64,000 nucleotides of DNA from Camelus dromedarius. Taxonomy: Eukaryota. The notes beneath the pieces are model-generated. The model did not search any database and was not told the origin of the DNA. It was given only the letters and a program-made list of their open reading frames with translations. Where the stretch lies: contig NC_087436.1 in NCBI RefSeq assembly GCF_036321535.1, positions 64,544,001 to 64,608,000 on the forward strand. The letters run 5' to 3'. Positions 13,721-28,419 of the stretch are shown here, piece after piece (the first letter of the stretch is position 1; each line of letters starts with the position of its first letter). A program made the translations under genes and the position numbers.

Positions 13721-15365
13721 GGAAAAGATGACAAACAGTAACCACATATTTTATAGTCAGTAAAAAATATGATAAAAGTAGCAAAATACTAGTACCTCTT
13801 AGGAAACAATTTTTAAAAATAACAATCATGATAGCCTTCTAGGAAGAACAGATCACACACTGTTACCATTTAATAGTTATTTCCCAGAGATGGGGGTTGG
13901 GAGGATGACATTGCATTATAATTTTAAAATTAAAGTGTATTGAATTTTATTTGTTACAATGTACTATAAGCAGTTAGGAGTAAGCTTTAGAACTGAGTTG
14001 TTTGTTGTTGATAAAATTTGTTTCTCATCAAATTCTCAGTACCATGGATCACATTACCCAGACCCCAAGCTGTAGCTAAATATAAACCACTCTGTGATGA
14101 CATGTAGTAATAATTACACTTGCTGGATTCTATCATAAGGGAAAATGGAAAAAATGTCTTCATAAACCACTCTGAGCATCTCATTATATCTAAAGATAAA
14201 TATCAAGTTTAAAACAAGAAATCTTATGAACAGTTTCTAAAAAATGCAGAGCTATTTTAAGTGTATGTACATATGTACAGTGGTTTAAAATTACTTGAAT
14301 CTGAACCTAGCTCTTTAAAAAGGAGACAAACAAATTTTTATAGATTTCTCATGGTAGGTAAGTATTTGTCTTATTTAATGTAAGACTGTCATGCAGGTAA
14401 AACTCAGGACCATTCTTCTGTTCAAACTTCAAATTTTGTTTATATGAAGTAAATTAGAACATACATACGTATGAGCACATACAATTGAATTACTTTAGTT
14501 AAATATAGATATAGGTATCTAACATATAAATGTGTCCAATGTCTTACAGTAGAAAAATTGAAGAATTACCAATTCTGTTATATTGATGAATGAAGGTTTA
14601 TCACAAGAAAAACTATAACTTCTCTGGTTGGAAGTTAAAGAAAAGTCTGTGCCTTTAATATGTAAGAAAAGGTCTAAAGATGCTGATTCATTTAATTTCT
14701 TCCTCTAGTTCTGTTCTACTGTGGAGGAGATAAGGGCGTTCATTCAATTTAATAAAAAAAAAAAAAGACTGTGTCTATGACTAACTCATTAGTATGTCTA
14801 AGTGTCTAGAGAAGATGGAAATGATCTTTTAAGAAATCTGAGTTGAATGCCAGTGAAACTAATACAAAATGATCTTCAGAATCACTTAACATAAAGGGTT
14901 GTGTTGACAGGGTGATTTTCTGTTAAGGAGACTTGGTAGGTAGCATGGAATGGGGCAGTGGGGCAGGAAGGAAGAGGGTATATGCTGGACTATTTTAAAC
15001 TATCATGCTGTATGTAGTAGTTTTAAAATATGTTGCTACCCATGGTATTCTTTGTGTTTATATAACTGTAAAGTTTGTAGTTATATTGTGATTATTGAAT
15101 TAATTAACAGTAAAATGTATTCTTATGGTAATTTTCTTTTTAATTGTCATAATTCTTCCAGGTTCTCTTTTTAATTGGTTGCTTTTGATTCAGTTACAGG
15201 TTTTGGAGATAAGTCACATGAAAAATTATTGTCTGTAAAAGCATGGTTCTCATATAATAGCACAGAATGATACTACCTTTTTTATTTAAAGGAATTAACC
15301 AGTAACTAGTTTGTGTCATTTAATTTTCACAGACACCTGAAGTGATACAAAATCCCATTTACACA

Positions 15366-15753
15366 TGTTAAAAGATAAACTGAGGCATATTAAAAATTTA
15401 AAGAATTTATCCGAGCAAAAATTGGTTTGAAGTGGGCAGCATCCAATCTATCAGATAGAAAGGAGATCTAAGGAGCTGTACAAAATAAGAGACTTTTATA
15501 GGCAGAAGGGAGTTGAAGCAAGGAAGTTATATTAGGCAGAACTGCAGACTGGTTATTGCCAGGTTACTTTCCTTTAGGGGATGGAGGGGTCTATCAGGTA
15601 GATTGCCCAGCTGGTGCTGATCAGGTGATTCCTGATTGCCTGGTTTAAGATTCCATTTCTCAGAAAGCTGAAACTGTAATTAAGTCTCATTCTAGTGACC
15701 TGAGGCTTAAGCATAATCACTCCATTTTGGGCATGTTGTTTTATTTTTTAACA
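15366..15753. mobile_element. Solo ERV1 (MER4-group-like) LTR
   Basis: Inverted termini TGTTAAAA...TTTTAACA; about 390 bp. Confidence 0.75.
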
Positions 15754-18559
15754 CGTATAAGGAGAGGGAAGCTCTAACTGTGTGTGACTAGTAGTAATAC
15801 GTTTTGAGTGTACCCTTTTGTGAGTCTGAGTCTGAACTCACTCTTCTGAAATCAGTATCTCCATCTTTTTAACTGACCAAACACTACTGAACTTCTCTAT
15901 TTTTGCTTTTCTTTTTTCAGTGTTTATTTTGCTAGTTACTGTGCTAGGACCTTTGGGAGATTATAATAAAGGGATTTGTTGTTGTTTAGTTTTCTTGCTG
16001 TCCCTTCTCAAAATGAGACTTTTTCCCTAAAAGAATGAGTCAGATAATTTGGAAACCAGCCCAGGTTCCTGAGTTTATGTCTGGATTTGGAGGCAGGAAA
16101 TTGTTAAAAGAATCTCTACTGCTTCTGAACAGTCTATCAAAATATGGTACTTCAGGGAACATTTCCTCTTCAACCAAAGAGAAGGAGACGGTTTTTGTCT
16201 GTTTTAGATTTTTTTCTTTAGAATTCTCCCTTCCCTTCTCCCTTCTCTTTATCTATTCCAAGACTAATAAAGATTTCCTTCTCAAGCTTCCTCTAATCTC
16301 AAGGGAGAGTAGTAACTAAATTCCAGGTGTATTTTATCAGTGTAAAACTAAAATGTACACTGGATAAGTTTTAAAGTCAAAATACTCCACATTTTCCCTA
16401 AAAGGCAGCCATGAGCTCGTCTTTCCACACCCCCTCCCCTTCCTTTCTTCACTAGGGCCTCTCCTTTTTCTCTCTCCTATTTTGCCTAAACAAAAACAAC
16501 CATGACAACAATGAAAATCTTGGTTTGAACCTTTAAATATCTGAAAACTCAAAATATGAAAATCCTTAGGCATAACAGAATTGTTGGCCTCCATCAGGCC
16601 TTTCCAATATGCTAGAGGCTCACTTATGTATTTGCATATAAATTATGTAGTTTCTTAAATTTTCATATACATCCTTAGGCCTAACAGATATTCTCAGATG
16701 ATTTTCAAGTCTAAATCAGGGTAGCCTATACCCTTAAGGAAATTCTTTTTCAAATATTCTGTTCTCCCTACCTCTTCATCTAACTGTTCATCTTAATTCA
16801 CTCAGAACTTCATGTCAGCACTAGTCGACATGGGATTTTGAGAATGAAAGATGAGAAAAAAAAGTTAAAGAAGGCAAAACAGATTGGTTTCTAAGAATAT
16901 TTCACACAAGGAGGACAAATTAACTTTGTGAAGAGGAAGGAACATCTCCATGGGATAATTTAAATCATAAGATCATTTTAAAATTGTAGAATGGAAGAAA
17001 TTATTTTATTGGACAAAGTAAATAATTTGTCATGAGCAAAAAATAATTTCCATTGCTGAATATCATCTGAATAGTGAAATTATTCCTACCTGCTTGGTAT
17101 TTTCATGAAAGTTTGAGTTCCTTGCTGCCTAAACTACTTTACTCTTATCTTTGCACACACTTCTATCATAGTACTACTTGTAGTGCCAGGAGGAGAGGGC
17201 ATGTGAGGAAGCCAGCTTGTATGGAGATAGATGCCTGAAATTTGGCTTTAGCTGTCCCTGGTAAGAGCCAGCAAAGTTGACATTGGGGGTATTTTGCAAT
17301 CATTTGTTTAATTAGCTGAAAACTCCTAAGGGAAAATTTTATGAAATGGCAAACTCCCAAAGCCTAATTTAAATCTGTTTTTCTATATATGACAGAATTT
17401 CATAACACAGTGATGCTAAAAAAAGGCACTAGTTGAAACCTTTTAATACCAAAAGCAACAACTTACAGAGAAATGTGAAAATAAATTATATAGGTTAAAA
17501 TATTATTCATATGAGAGAACTGAGGTAAATGTTTGCAGGTGGCTAAGACAATCATATTTTGGTTAGGGGGATTTTTTTTGTTTTCTTTTACTCCCTCCAC
17601 TTCCTCCTTTTCTTGTTTCCTTTGGATTTTTCTATATATGTAAGTATGTAATCAAGCTTACATTCTGTTCTTTTCCAATGGATTTTTAATCTACAAGATA
17701 ACTCACTTCTGGAACAACAAAAGGGATGTCTCTAAAGGCTGAGAAGTCTTCATCATTCTGTTTTAGTGTTCTCAGAGTTTAGATTTAGGTAACTAGTTGA
17801 TTGAAAAGGTTAGTGAGATAGATTTTCTTTTGCATTTGGTTATACAGCACAAAAACATTGTTGAGTCATCCTCCCATGGAAGAAAAAAGCAGCTGGCCAA
17901 AGAGCCATCTTCTCAGGTATTCTTGGTTTAAAAAAAAAAATCCACTGTGTTGTTTAGAAAATCAAAATCTTTTTAATGTATTGATCACAGATGAATAAAA
18001 TGCATCAGTTTTGTCATAATCCTGAGGCTAGAAGATGACTTTATAAAACTCTAATTGAAAGCAGTTTGTGTTTTGTATGAAGCTGCATCATTTGCTGTTT
18101 TCAGTAGCTGATGAATTTTCTTGAAAGGACCAGCTAAACGGAGGCTTCTAATCATGAATGCGTGTAGCCTACACTGAAGCTGTACTTTATACATTGGAGA
18201 TTGGAAACAGGTGTTCCAGCACTGGTTCTATAAGGGCTGTTACAAATTGCTTTCAGTAAGAGGCTATGAGGAAACACATGTAAGGAAAGAAAAAAAGCAA
18301 CTTATAATTCTTATGATTATTACCTCATCTATACAAGCATTGAGTGACTGAAATGGAAAAAGGGAATAAAAAAGACCAGGGGATTAAATCTCTCAAAACA
18401 TGGGCCTAGGTGGGAAGGGTGTGATAGGACAGACAGAGAGAGACAGAATCCTTTTTCATGCCATAAAATCGTTTCATTTTCCTTCACTCTCAGAAATCGG
18501 ATCAAGGTGATGTCATTTCTAAATGTAAAGACATAAACTTATAGATATGCAAAATCCAT

Positions 18560-18993
18560 ATAGCAGAGACAACTAGATGTCCAGCATCTGTTCACCTTCT
18601 TCTTCTGCAATAATGGAGTCCTTGTTTTTAGCTGGACCCTTGGCTACTGGGATGAAGGAGATTTTCCCTTGCAGCTAAGGTATGTCTTAGCCAGTAGTAC
18701 ATAAATAGAGTGGGTGTATGAAATTTCTGGAAAGTGTTCTTGAATGAAGGTGGCATTCTCCTTCCCTTTTTTTAATCCTTTCTATTGGCTGGTTGCAATA
18801 TGCTAGTGGAGCCATTGCAGATCACAGAGTAGACTTTATGTATTAAAGAAGCAAAGAACATGAAAGAAGATGCTTGCTTCCATATTAGCCCTGGAAACCT
18901 GTTTTCTCATGAGAGAGAAATAAAATGACTTCTTGAGTTAGCCACTCTTATGTTGGATTTCTGTCACCAACAGCTAAACCTCATCCTATTATA
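18560..18993. mobile_element. Old MaLR (MLT1) LTR
   Basis: TTTCCCTTGCAGCTAAGG...GAGAGAGAAATAAA...TTAGCCACT...CAGCTAAACCTCATCCTA motifs. Confidence 0.55.
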
Positions 18994-21156
18994 CTCCAGT
19001 ATGAGATCCAGTAATAACTTCATGTGTAGACTGTGCCTAAATCAATTCATGAGGGTCTGTGCCTCTCAAAAGTACATAAAAATGTGAAACATAGTTTTAT
19101 GCATTTTCTAGTTCATCTTTGCTTTCTTTTTTTATTGTGTGCTAGTTTTACCGATAACAACTGCAGTCAAAAAAGATTTCAGGAAAAAAATATAATTAAA
19201 GGCTATATATTTACTTTATTCCTCCACAAACTGGGAAGACCCTGGCTAAAAGTGAATAATGGCAATACTCACCATTTTATAGTTTGAGCGTTACTGCTTT
19301 CAAGATCGCCACTTATGTAGCCTTTACATCCATTTCAACAGTCCTTGCCTGTTTGCAAAACCTCTTCATCGCTTGTTTGTGTTATTCCAAGAGACTCAAA
19401 CTACATCCATTGCTTTTGAACTGTTTTCTTTGCCTTCTCTGACCGGCTTCCTTATTCTCTTGTGCTGCAGTGCATTTATATCTCTGTAACACTTAACCGC
19501 ATTCTGTGCAGTTATTCCTTACATGTCAGTCAGAAACAACGGAACTGTTTGTTCCTGCAGGACATTTGTGTGTCTAGACTAATGGGCATATAGTAGCTAC
19601 CCATGAAACATTAGAAAAGAAAAAGGAATGAGGGAGAGTAGGAAAGAAGGAAAGGAGAGAGTAAGCCAGCTTTCCTGTTTATATTCATTTTAAAAATTTT
19701 GTGTGGACAGGTGCAGTCATCATATACAGATGTACTATGTACCATAAACTATTAAAATTTTGTGTTTTGATAGTTTATTTCTTAGCATTTTCTTTTAGGC
19801 ATCAGTTCTCCTGGAATTCCCCCTTACCTCTTCTTTTTTGGACATTTTTTATATTGAGATAAAGGAAGAAACTACTCATGACTACGTCCCGTGTCCCATT
19901 ATACTTTTCTCTTCTCTTGTATTAACTAACGGTTATCACTCTCCACTCTATTTAATGCTGTATTTAATGACCCAGAATTTGCTCAGTGGTTTTATTAACC
20001 CTTAATGACAGAAGTCAGTAGCTTCTGTGGGAGATATGGCAGTTTGGGAGAAACTTGGAAGAGATTATAGGGATACAGTAACATAGTTAAACTGGGACAG
20101 TGTAGATATTTACATGATGATATGTAAACCAGTTCTTGCCAGCAATTGCCTCCAACAATACTATTTTATGTATGTATACTGTTCAGTATACTTTTATAGC
20201 ATTTATTGGCATCATATCATTTTATCAATGATTCTTTAATTCTTTGGTTGCAAAATTTTATATCTATACAGAGTCTTTTCTATTAAAAGTGATATACTTG
20301 CTCATGTAGAACATCTTAGAAAGTAAAAAAGAATAAAATTAAACAATATTAATATATTCCCAGATATTACAAATGTTATTATTTTATTATTTATTACTTT
20401 ATTTTATTATTTTAGTTCATAAACACCTAACCTTCTGTTCTGTTTATATTATACATTCTCTTTTACAGTACATTTTATTAATTGCAAAATAGGTTATGAA
20501 AAAAGTGTACATCAATAAATATTTTTCTATATTATTATTAATGCTGATACATTTCATTTGTATGTGTATAGATAATATATTCAATTAATCTCATACTATG
20601 GAGTATACTTAGTATAATTCCAGTTAGTTCATGTGATAAATAGCACTACAATGAATATTCTTGCAAATTGTCTGATTTATATATTTTATGCCTATCTATG
20701 ATTATATCTTTAGACTAAATTCCTAAGTAATGAAATTCCTAAATTAATGAATAAGCAAAGTGCTGTCACATCTTTTTAAATATTCATTGACAATTGTCCT
20801 GCAGAAACATTATACTAATATAAAATTTAAGCAGGCCTTTCCCCAAAATCTCACCAATTCTTTAGGGCCATGTAGGAAAAGTGTTTACCAGTTTAAGGAG
20901 AGGTGTGTGTGTGTGTGACTTGAAAGTAGATATTACCCTTTTTCTGTGAAGAATCATTAAATTTTTATCATAGAATTCTGTTGCTTAAAAGTCCTGATTG
21001 GACTTTTGTGTTAAATGAAAATAATATATAAATAGTAATAGAAGAAGGGCAGAATGTTTTTAAAGCATCTACTGTGTCTAAAATTTTATCTTGTAAACCA
21101 TCCCCTAATTTTGGTATTGAGATATAGTAGCTCTTACTTCTAATTCTGAAACCACA

Positions 21157-21572
21157 TGTATTAGCTTCCTAAGGCTGCTGTAATAAATTGCCACATATTT
21201 TAATGGCTTCAAACAACAGAAATTTATTCTCTCCATAGTTCTGGAAGTTAGAAGTTCAAAGTGAAGATGTCAGCTGGACCATAATCTCTCCAAAGCCTCT
21301 AGGCCAAGTACCTTTCTTGCCTCTTCAAAATTCTGGTAGCCCCCAGAGTTCCTTAGCTAGAGGCAACATAGTTCCAATCTCTGCCTCCATCTTCTGTCTT
21401 CCCTGTGTGTCTCTGTCTCTAAACACCAGTCAAGCAGGGCCTGCCCTACTCCAGTATGACCTCATCTTAACTTGATTACGTCTGCAAAGATTCTTTTTTA
21501 TAAAGTCAGGCTACATTCACACAGGGTCAGGACTTCAACCAGGCTCTTCAGAGGACACATTTTAACCCATAA
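21157..21572. mobile_element. MaLR (MLT1) LTR
   Basis: TGTATTAGCTTCCTAAGGCTGCTGTAATAAATTGCCAC...AAACAACAGAAATTTATTCTC...GGACACATTTTAACCCATAA. Confidence 0.85.
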
Positions 21573-24500
21573 TTCTATACATCTTAAATTTTATTCAATA
21601 AATTTATTATCTATTTTGATAATGAGTGAATAGTAGTTTTTACTTGTAGGTCAATAATATTCATAGTATTACCTTATACAAGGAGAAATTAATTAAATTA
21701 CCAAACTTTCTAAAAGGCCTAATTTAGCATCTTGTGACTGACTGTTCTAGAGACCCTTTTATATACAAATAATAGGAAAATTAAAATGCACTTAGGATTT
21801 TCTGACGTGCCTCTGATGTCACAGGTATCTAGATTATAACAGAATGCAGTGAACAAAGTTCCAGCCCATTCAGATCTCTGTTCATACCAATATTTAGAGA
21901 AATGCTTTATAAAGGTGTCTAAATACTTAAGAATAACTGAACCAACTAATAGGAAGTATATGCATTTAGCAAGTTTAGCTTTTAGCTATACGCAGTAAAA
22001 TTATAGTAGTAACCCGTTTTTCATCTGGTAAAAAGTCTTAGCCAGTGTTGTAAAAGAATTATTCATTTTCAGCTGGTCTGTATGTCTTTTTTCTCTGCTT
22101 TATGTTCTACTGATCCTTTTTTCTTTTTGAATTTTTTTCCCCTCACAATAGTCTACCATGAGAAGTCACTTTCTTTTATTAGAGCACATACTACTATTTG
22201 TAAAAGTCCTGTCCACTTATAGAGATGCTCAAATTTCACTTTAAATCCAATGATATTTTAGCATTCCCTAACCAATGCAGTATTGCTTCCCAAGGGCACA
22301 AACTTCTGAATGCATTTTGCTGTCTTTCTTACCCAGCTCCACTGAGTGCTCAAGCTCTCTGTATCATTAGGATGGATTCTAATGCGTTTTCTGGATTTTA
22401 CATAATTTCTGTGGGATGCAGTTCAAAAACTGTATCCCCCTTTTTTCACTCGGCACGAGCTGGTGTATCTTAATTCTTCCTACCCCATTAAATATTCTCT
22501 CTGCAGCACTTTTGGGGGTCTTTTTATCCATTTTATATGGAAGTTATATGTAACCTTTAGAAATAGTTCTGTATCTTTTATTTCTCATCTCTGATTTTAA
22601 TTGTCTTTAGGTTAAATTTCCAATTCTTTCTGACAAATATTATTCTATTTTAATATCTAAATGCCAGCTGAGACTTTATTTCTTACAAACAAAGAGAAAA
22701 TACAGTCAACATATCCAAACACATTTAGTTTACTCCTAATTTGAGGACTGCTTAAAATATTTTCATATTACAGTAAACATTGCCATGGGTATTTTAGGTA
22801 TAAACACATCACTTGTAAACAGAATGCTTTTGTAAAACAGACTGACTTGAAAAATATTTACTTGAATCGTAATGGTATAATATAGCATATTCAGGCAGAT
22901 TTTTGGCATTATTTTATTTTCCTAATTTCTCCTATTGTGCACATCAGTATCTTAACTCCTAATAGTATGTAGCGCCCTCTGATCCAGATCTTGATGAAAA
23001 CAATAGCTAGAGGAATTCTTTAACTCAGAACATTGGATGATCAGTCCATATTCTCTTAATATTTACTGAACACATGCCATTGGCCACATGCACTCTGCTA
23101 AGAAACTTGTGCTTATTGTTTTCTTTTATTCTCATCACAATTCTGAATTATTATTATCAAATTTTTTCCATTTGAAAGATACAGACACTGAATCTTAGAG
23201 AAATTAAATGATTGAGTTTCCTGTCCTAGTTTTAAGTGCTATTATTCAGTTTACTATATACTTACCATTGTAAAATATAAAGAGTAGAATGGGTTCTTAT
23301 ATCAGACTTTAGCTTTTACCATTATTAGATGATAAACTTAACCTTAGTAACTAAGTGAACAGTCCTGATCTATTTTAGATCCTTTGCCCTAATACTGTTC
23401 TAGGCTAAAGAGTTTCAGACTATGCAGGAAAATTGTATTGTTAATTATAGAAAAACTGTCAACATAACAACACTGGTTCTCTGGGATCTTTCTAGACAGC
23501 ATTTTCTTTGTAGCCTTTTTCACTTAGATACTCTGGGCAGGTCTATTACTTCTTCATAACAGCATTAAATGTCTTTTATATTATATAGGATTTTAGGCAG
23601 TGGAAATTTAAATATAGATGGAAAATCTAAAATTTTTTTCAATAGTCTATTTAGAAAGAATCCCCCGTGCAACGAAAGGGAAAAGGGGAAAAGATAACTT
23701 TAGATAGAGTAAAATATAAATTATTTCCTATCAAGATATACTGCTATTGAAAATTCTATCCCCAAATGGAATCATCTTCCCCAATGGCATTACCTTATTG
23801 AAATAAAGAAAAGCACATTTCCTAATAATGGAAGTGAGTTAAAAAGTGAGCCAAATGGCATTTTTAATCATTCAGCAGTAGAAATTTGAATTGAATACTT
23901 CATATCTTTTATTTTATAACACATGTAGTTTTATCTTCATCTACTATTTTTATCACATATATTACCTTAATATACAATTCTTTTATCTGTTTCTTTTTAA
24001 GTGTAGTGATTTATCCAAAAGTCATATTATGCAGAGAAATTATGACAATCTTTAGTATTAACTTAAATGAGCAAAGATGTATAGCTCAGAATAGTTTTTG
24101 TATATTCATTTCAAGAGCATTTATTAAATACCTATAATGTGAATAACAAATTAAGGGGCTTGAATCAATGCACTCAAGTGTCACTTTTTAGGGGACAGTT
24201 ACTACACAGAAACTTTGGTAGAGATTTTGTTAAAATTTTTACTCTAAACTCATGTTTCCTGAAATTATATTTTAAAGAGTTTTTTTTTTTTCTTTGAGGT
24301 ATTGGAGAGAATAAACCTCTCCAATGACATGTGAAACTGTTTATGTGCTTTTGATATAATGTAATAGATGCAGTGTGTTTACTTCTTTAAATCTTGAAAA
24401 ACATTATCGATATACAATGGTAAAGACTTGTTTTGCTATACAATTAGAAAGAAGATCGACGTTTGTCCAGAACTGATTATGTAATTATGCATGTGTTTAT

Positions 24501-25429
24501 GGAGAAAAAAAGGTCCTAGTAAAATATATATTGTTACTGTCTAAGTTTTGCCTAAGCAATTTAAAATTTAGATCTTTAAGTTTACATGTTGGGAGGTCTC
24601 CGGGATGGAAAATAACAAATTTGAGGGTGGCCATATTATTGTGGTTTTGTTTACTCATTAGAGCAGTTTTTTAAAAGATCTTTTTTAAAAAGGAAGTTTG
24701 TCTTGGTCTCTCTAAATTCTGCTTAGTTAACACTGATACTACATTGATGTATTATTTAGTACAATTTAAAAAGCACTGTTTGTGAAATGCAGATGCCATA
24801 GTTATTTAGTCTGTTTATTACATTTAGTTAGAATGTGTAAAATTGAATGTGGAAGAGTCTTTGAGTTAAGTCTCAAAATATGTGGAATTACCAGGTACCT
24901 GCACAGGTACCTTTTTGCCCAAAGAAGAATCCTGTTTTAGAACTCAGCTTCTTACTTTTCAAAACTGTGTCTAACTTCCTTCTTTTTCAAATCACCAACT
25001 ACTACTGGCTGTAGAAGAAAGAAACTTTTGTGCCCTAGCGGTATGTCTCTGTCAGAGCTTGTCTCCCTTTGTACTCCTATTCTTAATTAGCACAATGTCT
25101 ACCCTCTGGACTCACAGGGACAGGATTTAATAATCCAGTATCACTGATTGCCTTAAGCATCCACTATTTCTTAAAGAAATATAAACATATAGAATAAATG
25201 TAAACCAGTATCTCCTTAAGGCCCTGGTGGTTTTCACACTGTAATAGCCACGAGAATGACGTGGCATAAAGATTCCCAGGGCTTATCTCCCAGATTCTTA
25301 ATGTTTTAGACTTGTGTTGATGAAACAGAATTTGCACTGTTAAGCAAATTTAGGAAATTTTGATAATTTATCTCTCTGATCTTGGTATATCCCCATGACA
25401 CTACTGTTATTATTATTGACAGCCTGTGT

Positions 25430-25610
25430 TACTAATATTTATTAAACACTAGTCGTATGCTTGACAACTTTGCATACACTTTTAAAAATACTGTTTTTAA
25501 ATCCTACAATAATTTTATGTAGTAAGCACTGTTTCTCCCCATTTTACAGGCAAGGTAACTAAAGCCCAGAGAGTGTGGTCACTTGCCCAGATACAAAGCT
25601 AGTAAGTTGA
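25430..25610. mobile_element. MIR
   Basis: CCCCATTTTACAGGCAAGGTAACTAAAGCCCAGAGAG...ACTTGCCCA core. Confidence 0.65.
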
Positions 25611-26869
25611 TTTATGGAAATTCTTCACTTTAATTTTAACATTTATTTAACAATTAATCATGCCCCCAAGTGGTTTTTACAAGTTGGATGAAGAAAACAA
25701 AACAGTAAACCCAGACTGTTCTAACATAACACATTATACACATGCAGTCTGAGATCTACTAAACAATGAATCACTTTCCCGCATTAGAATAGCACTGTCA
25801 AAGATCGTCTTACTCAAGTTTCCCTTTAGGTCTCCGCCCTCAATGGCCTAAGTCAAGATCGCCTCTTATGTCAGTTTAACTGGTTCTTCACAGCCAAGGA
25901 TGAGCACAGCCATCAACAGTCCTCACTGAGATTTAGCTGTTGTTAAGTAACTTCAAGAAATGGGATAAATGCATTGCTTTTCAATGATAAATAATGCAGG
26001 ACATTTTTTATCCAGCTCTATGTTCCACCCTCCTTACCTAATTTGTTCTTATCTTCGGCACAGTTCACCCAAACTACCCTAATAATTCGGGCTACATGCC
26101 CTGAAGGGGCCTTTTTGTACTAGTAAAACTTAACCAGATAAATACTTATATGCATAAATAAGGGATGAGAAACACAAGATTGACAACTTTTTAAAACTTT
26201 TACCAACTAAGGATATTATATGCATATATAATTTTGTTTGTTAAAAGCTATTATTGGCATCATTTCATAAGAGGAAATAATATTTAAGACTATTCTCCAA
26301 TGAGAAAAGGGAGAATAAAGGTCAAAACCTCAGAATAAATGATATTGTTTTGAGTTCTGGGGAAAAGTGAAAAGGATCAGTGGATGTTCCTGGGCTGGTA
26401 TTTGGTGGCCACTATTTTCAGCAGTCACCTGTGGTGTCTTTTCAAGAGCTTCCTGATGACTTATTCCCTGCTTTTGTACTTATAAAATGCCCTCCTTCAC
26501 ATTTTCAACCATTTTGAAAGAATGCAATGTTTTAACATTCTGTTTAGAATTTAAAGTTTTGTAGCATCATACCAGCACCATTTCCTAAGTGATTAGCAAT
26601 CTATAGTATTTTTTTAATTTCTGTAAAAATGTATTCCCAGCTTTTCTCTCTCATTTGCTACTTCCCTTTTTGCCTAAAAACTTAGAATGCTATTGATGCC
26701 TAATATTCTCTTTAAAAAAAGAAAAAAGTTCTCAGTTACAATTTCAAAATATTAGCAATATTTCTTTGTCTTTCTTACTACTGCATTGAAGGCACTATGA
26801 AAAGAAAGTCTGGGATTAAAGAACATTAAGGGACTCTATGGTATATCTTTCATTTGTTTGAGATATATT

Positions 26870-27603
26870 TTCATATTGTTTGTGTGTGTATTGTTTTCTG
26901 ACACCAACTCGGTGTCTAACAGTTCAGTTCCATTCAATTCTGACAGTAACTCCCAGAGTAAGAGCAGACTCCACAGGTTAAAAGCTCAGTCCCAGGAAGA
27001 CTGCCTCCACTCAGATGCCAGCCACAAATGGGTGCCCGGGTCCCCACACTTCTGCCCAGCTAGCTACAAATTCAGAGGGTTCCCATGACTCCTTCCCCGC
27101 ACCTCAAGTTTAATCATTCTGTGGAACAAACCGTGGAACTCTGAACTCATGGGAGTGCTCTATTTAGGATTACAGCTTTATCTGCAACTCAAGAACTGCC
27201 AAATGGAAGTGATTTGTAAGATGGTGTGTGGGTTTCTGCACAGCTTCAGTGTCCTCTCTGGGTGTCACCTCCCAGCACATAAATGTGTTCAACTAACCCA
27301 GAAACTTTCAGAATCTTGTGGTTTAAAAAGGTTTATATAACCCATCCTCGCTCTCCACTCCCAGAAGCTTGGAGAATGAGGCCTAAATTTCCCATCCTCT
27401 AATCATATGTTTGGTCTTTCTGTTAACCAGCCCCCTCCAGAAGCCATCTAGAGGTCCCACCCTGAGCTATCTCATTAGCATAAACCCAGAACTTGTTATG
27501 AATAACAAAAGACATTCATATCACTCAGGAAATTCCAAGGATTTTAGGAGTTCTGTGCCAGGAACCTGGGACAAAGACCAGATAGATTTTTTATTATACC
27601 ACA
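26870..27603. mobile_element. MER21-like LTR
   Basis: TTCTGACACCAAC...GGTGTC start and CCAGGAACCTGGGACAAAGACC...ATTATACCACA end, recalled from MER21. Confidence 0.7.
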
Positions 27604-28419
27604 GTTTTATTTCTGAGGAGAGTGGAATATTATGACCAGATTTTCCTCTCCCAAACCATCAGTAAGCTTTCACAGTGTGTTTATTGTCTCATCATCTGCA
27701 AATTTTCTTATTTTTTACTACATAATTTTACTTTCAGCTGCAGCATAGTGGCTTTGAAAATACTTCAAAAAATTAAGAAGTACTTTCTACCATAAAGAAG
27801 TATTATTGCTTTAATTATTTTGAAGAACTTTTCTCTCCTAGAGACACTAAAGAAGCACATTTGTGTCCTTTAACTCAGACCTACCAAGAGTGTTATCTCA
27901 GAGCCACTTGCTGAAGCATTTTTTTACATGATTTGCATTCCTTAAATTGATGTTTATATTCGGTTCCTAATATTTGAGATTTACTCTTACTTTCCTGGAG
28001 TTCCAGTCACAGTACTAGGGAACAAGTTCATTTGTAAAACTCAACAAGGAGAAGCAGAAGTGGAGAGTATGAACTACAATGATTCCAGAACATAGTTGTT
28101 TTTTATTTATAGTCTCTTTTCTGTAGCCTGGACTTAAAAGATCTGTACTTGACATTGAAAGCATATCTATCTTTTTGAGTAGTTATGGATGCTGATATAT
28201 TAGTTACCATTTGGTCTGGTTTATTTTTCTAGAAACCTTCTATTTTGGCATATTTATAAGCCAGAGTATCTGGGAATTTATTGCCTCTTTATTTGTAGAA
28301 ATACACACATATGCATGTGAATATGATTGTATTATATTCATTAGAAAGATTGATGGAATTCTAATGGAGGGCATCCAGAAAGTTGACTGGTCAATACTTT
28401 CCTTGCAAAATGAAGCCAA

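Noticed and set aside
14344..14357. Possible plus-strand microexon (TAG|ATTTCTCATGGTAG|GTAAGT)
   Set aside because: Strong donor, but a poor pyrimidine tract and a length that is not a multiple of 3.
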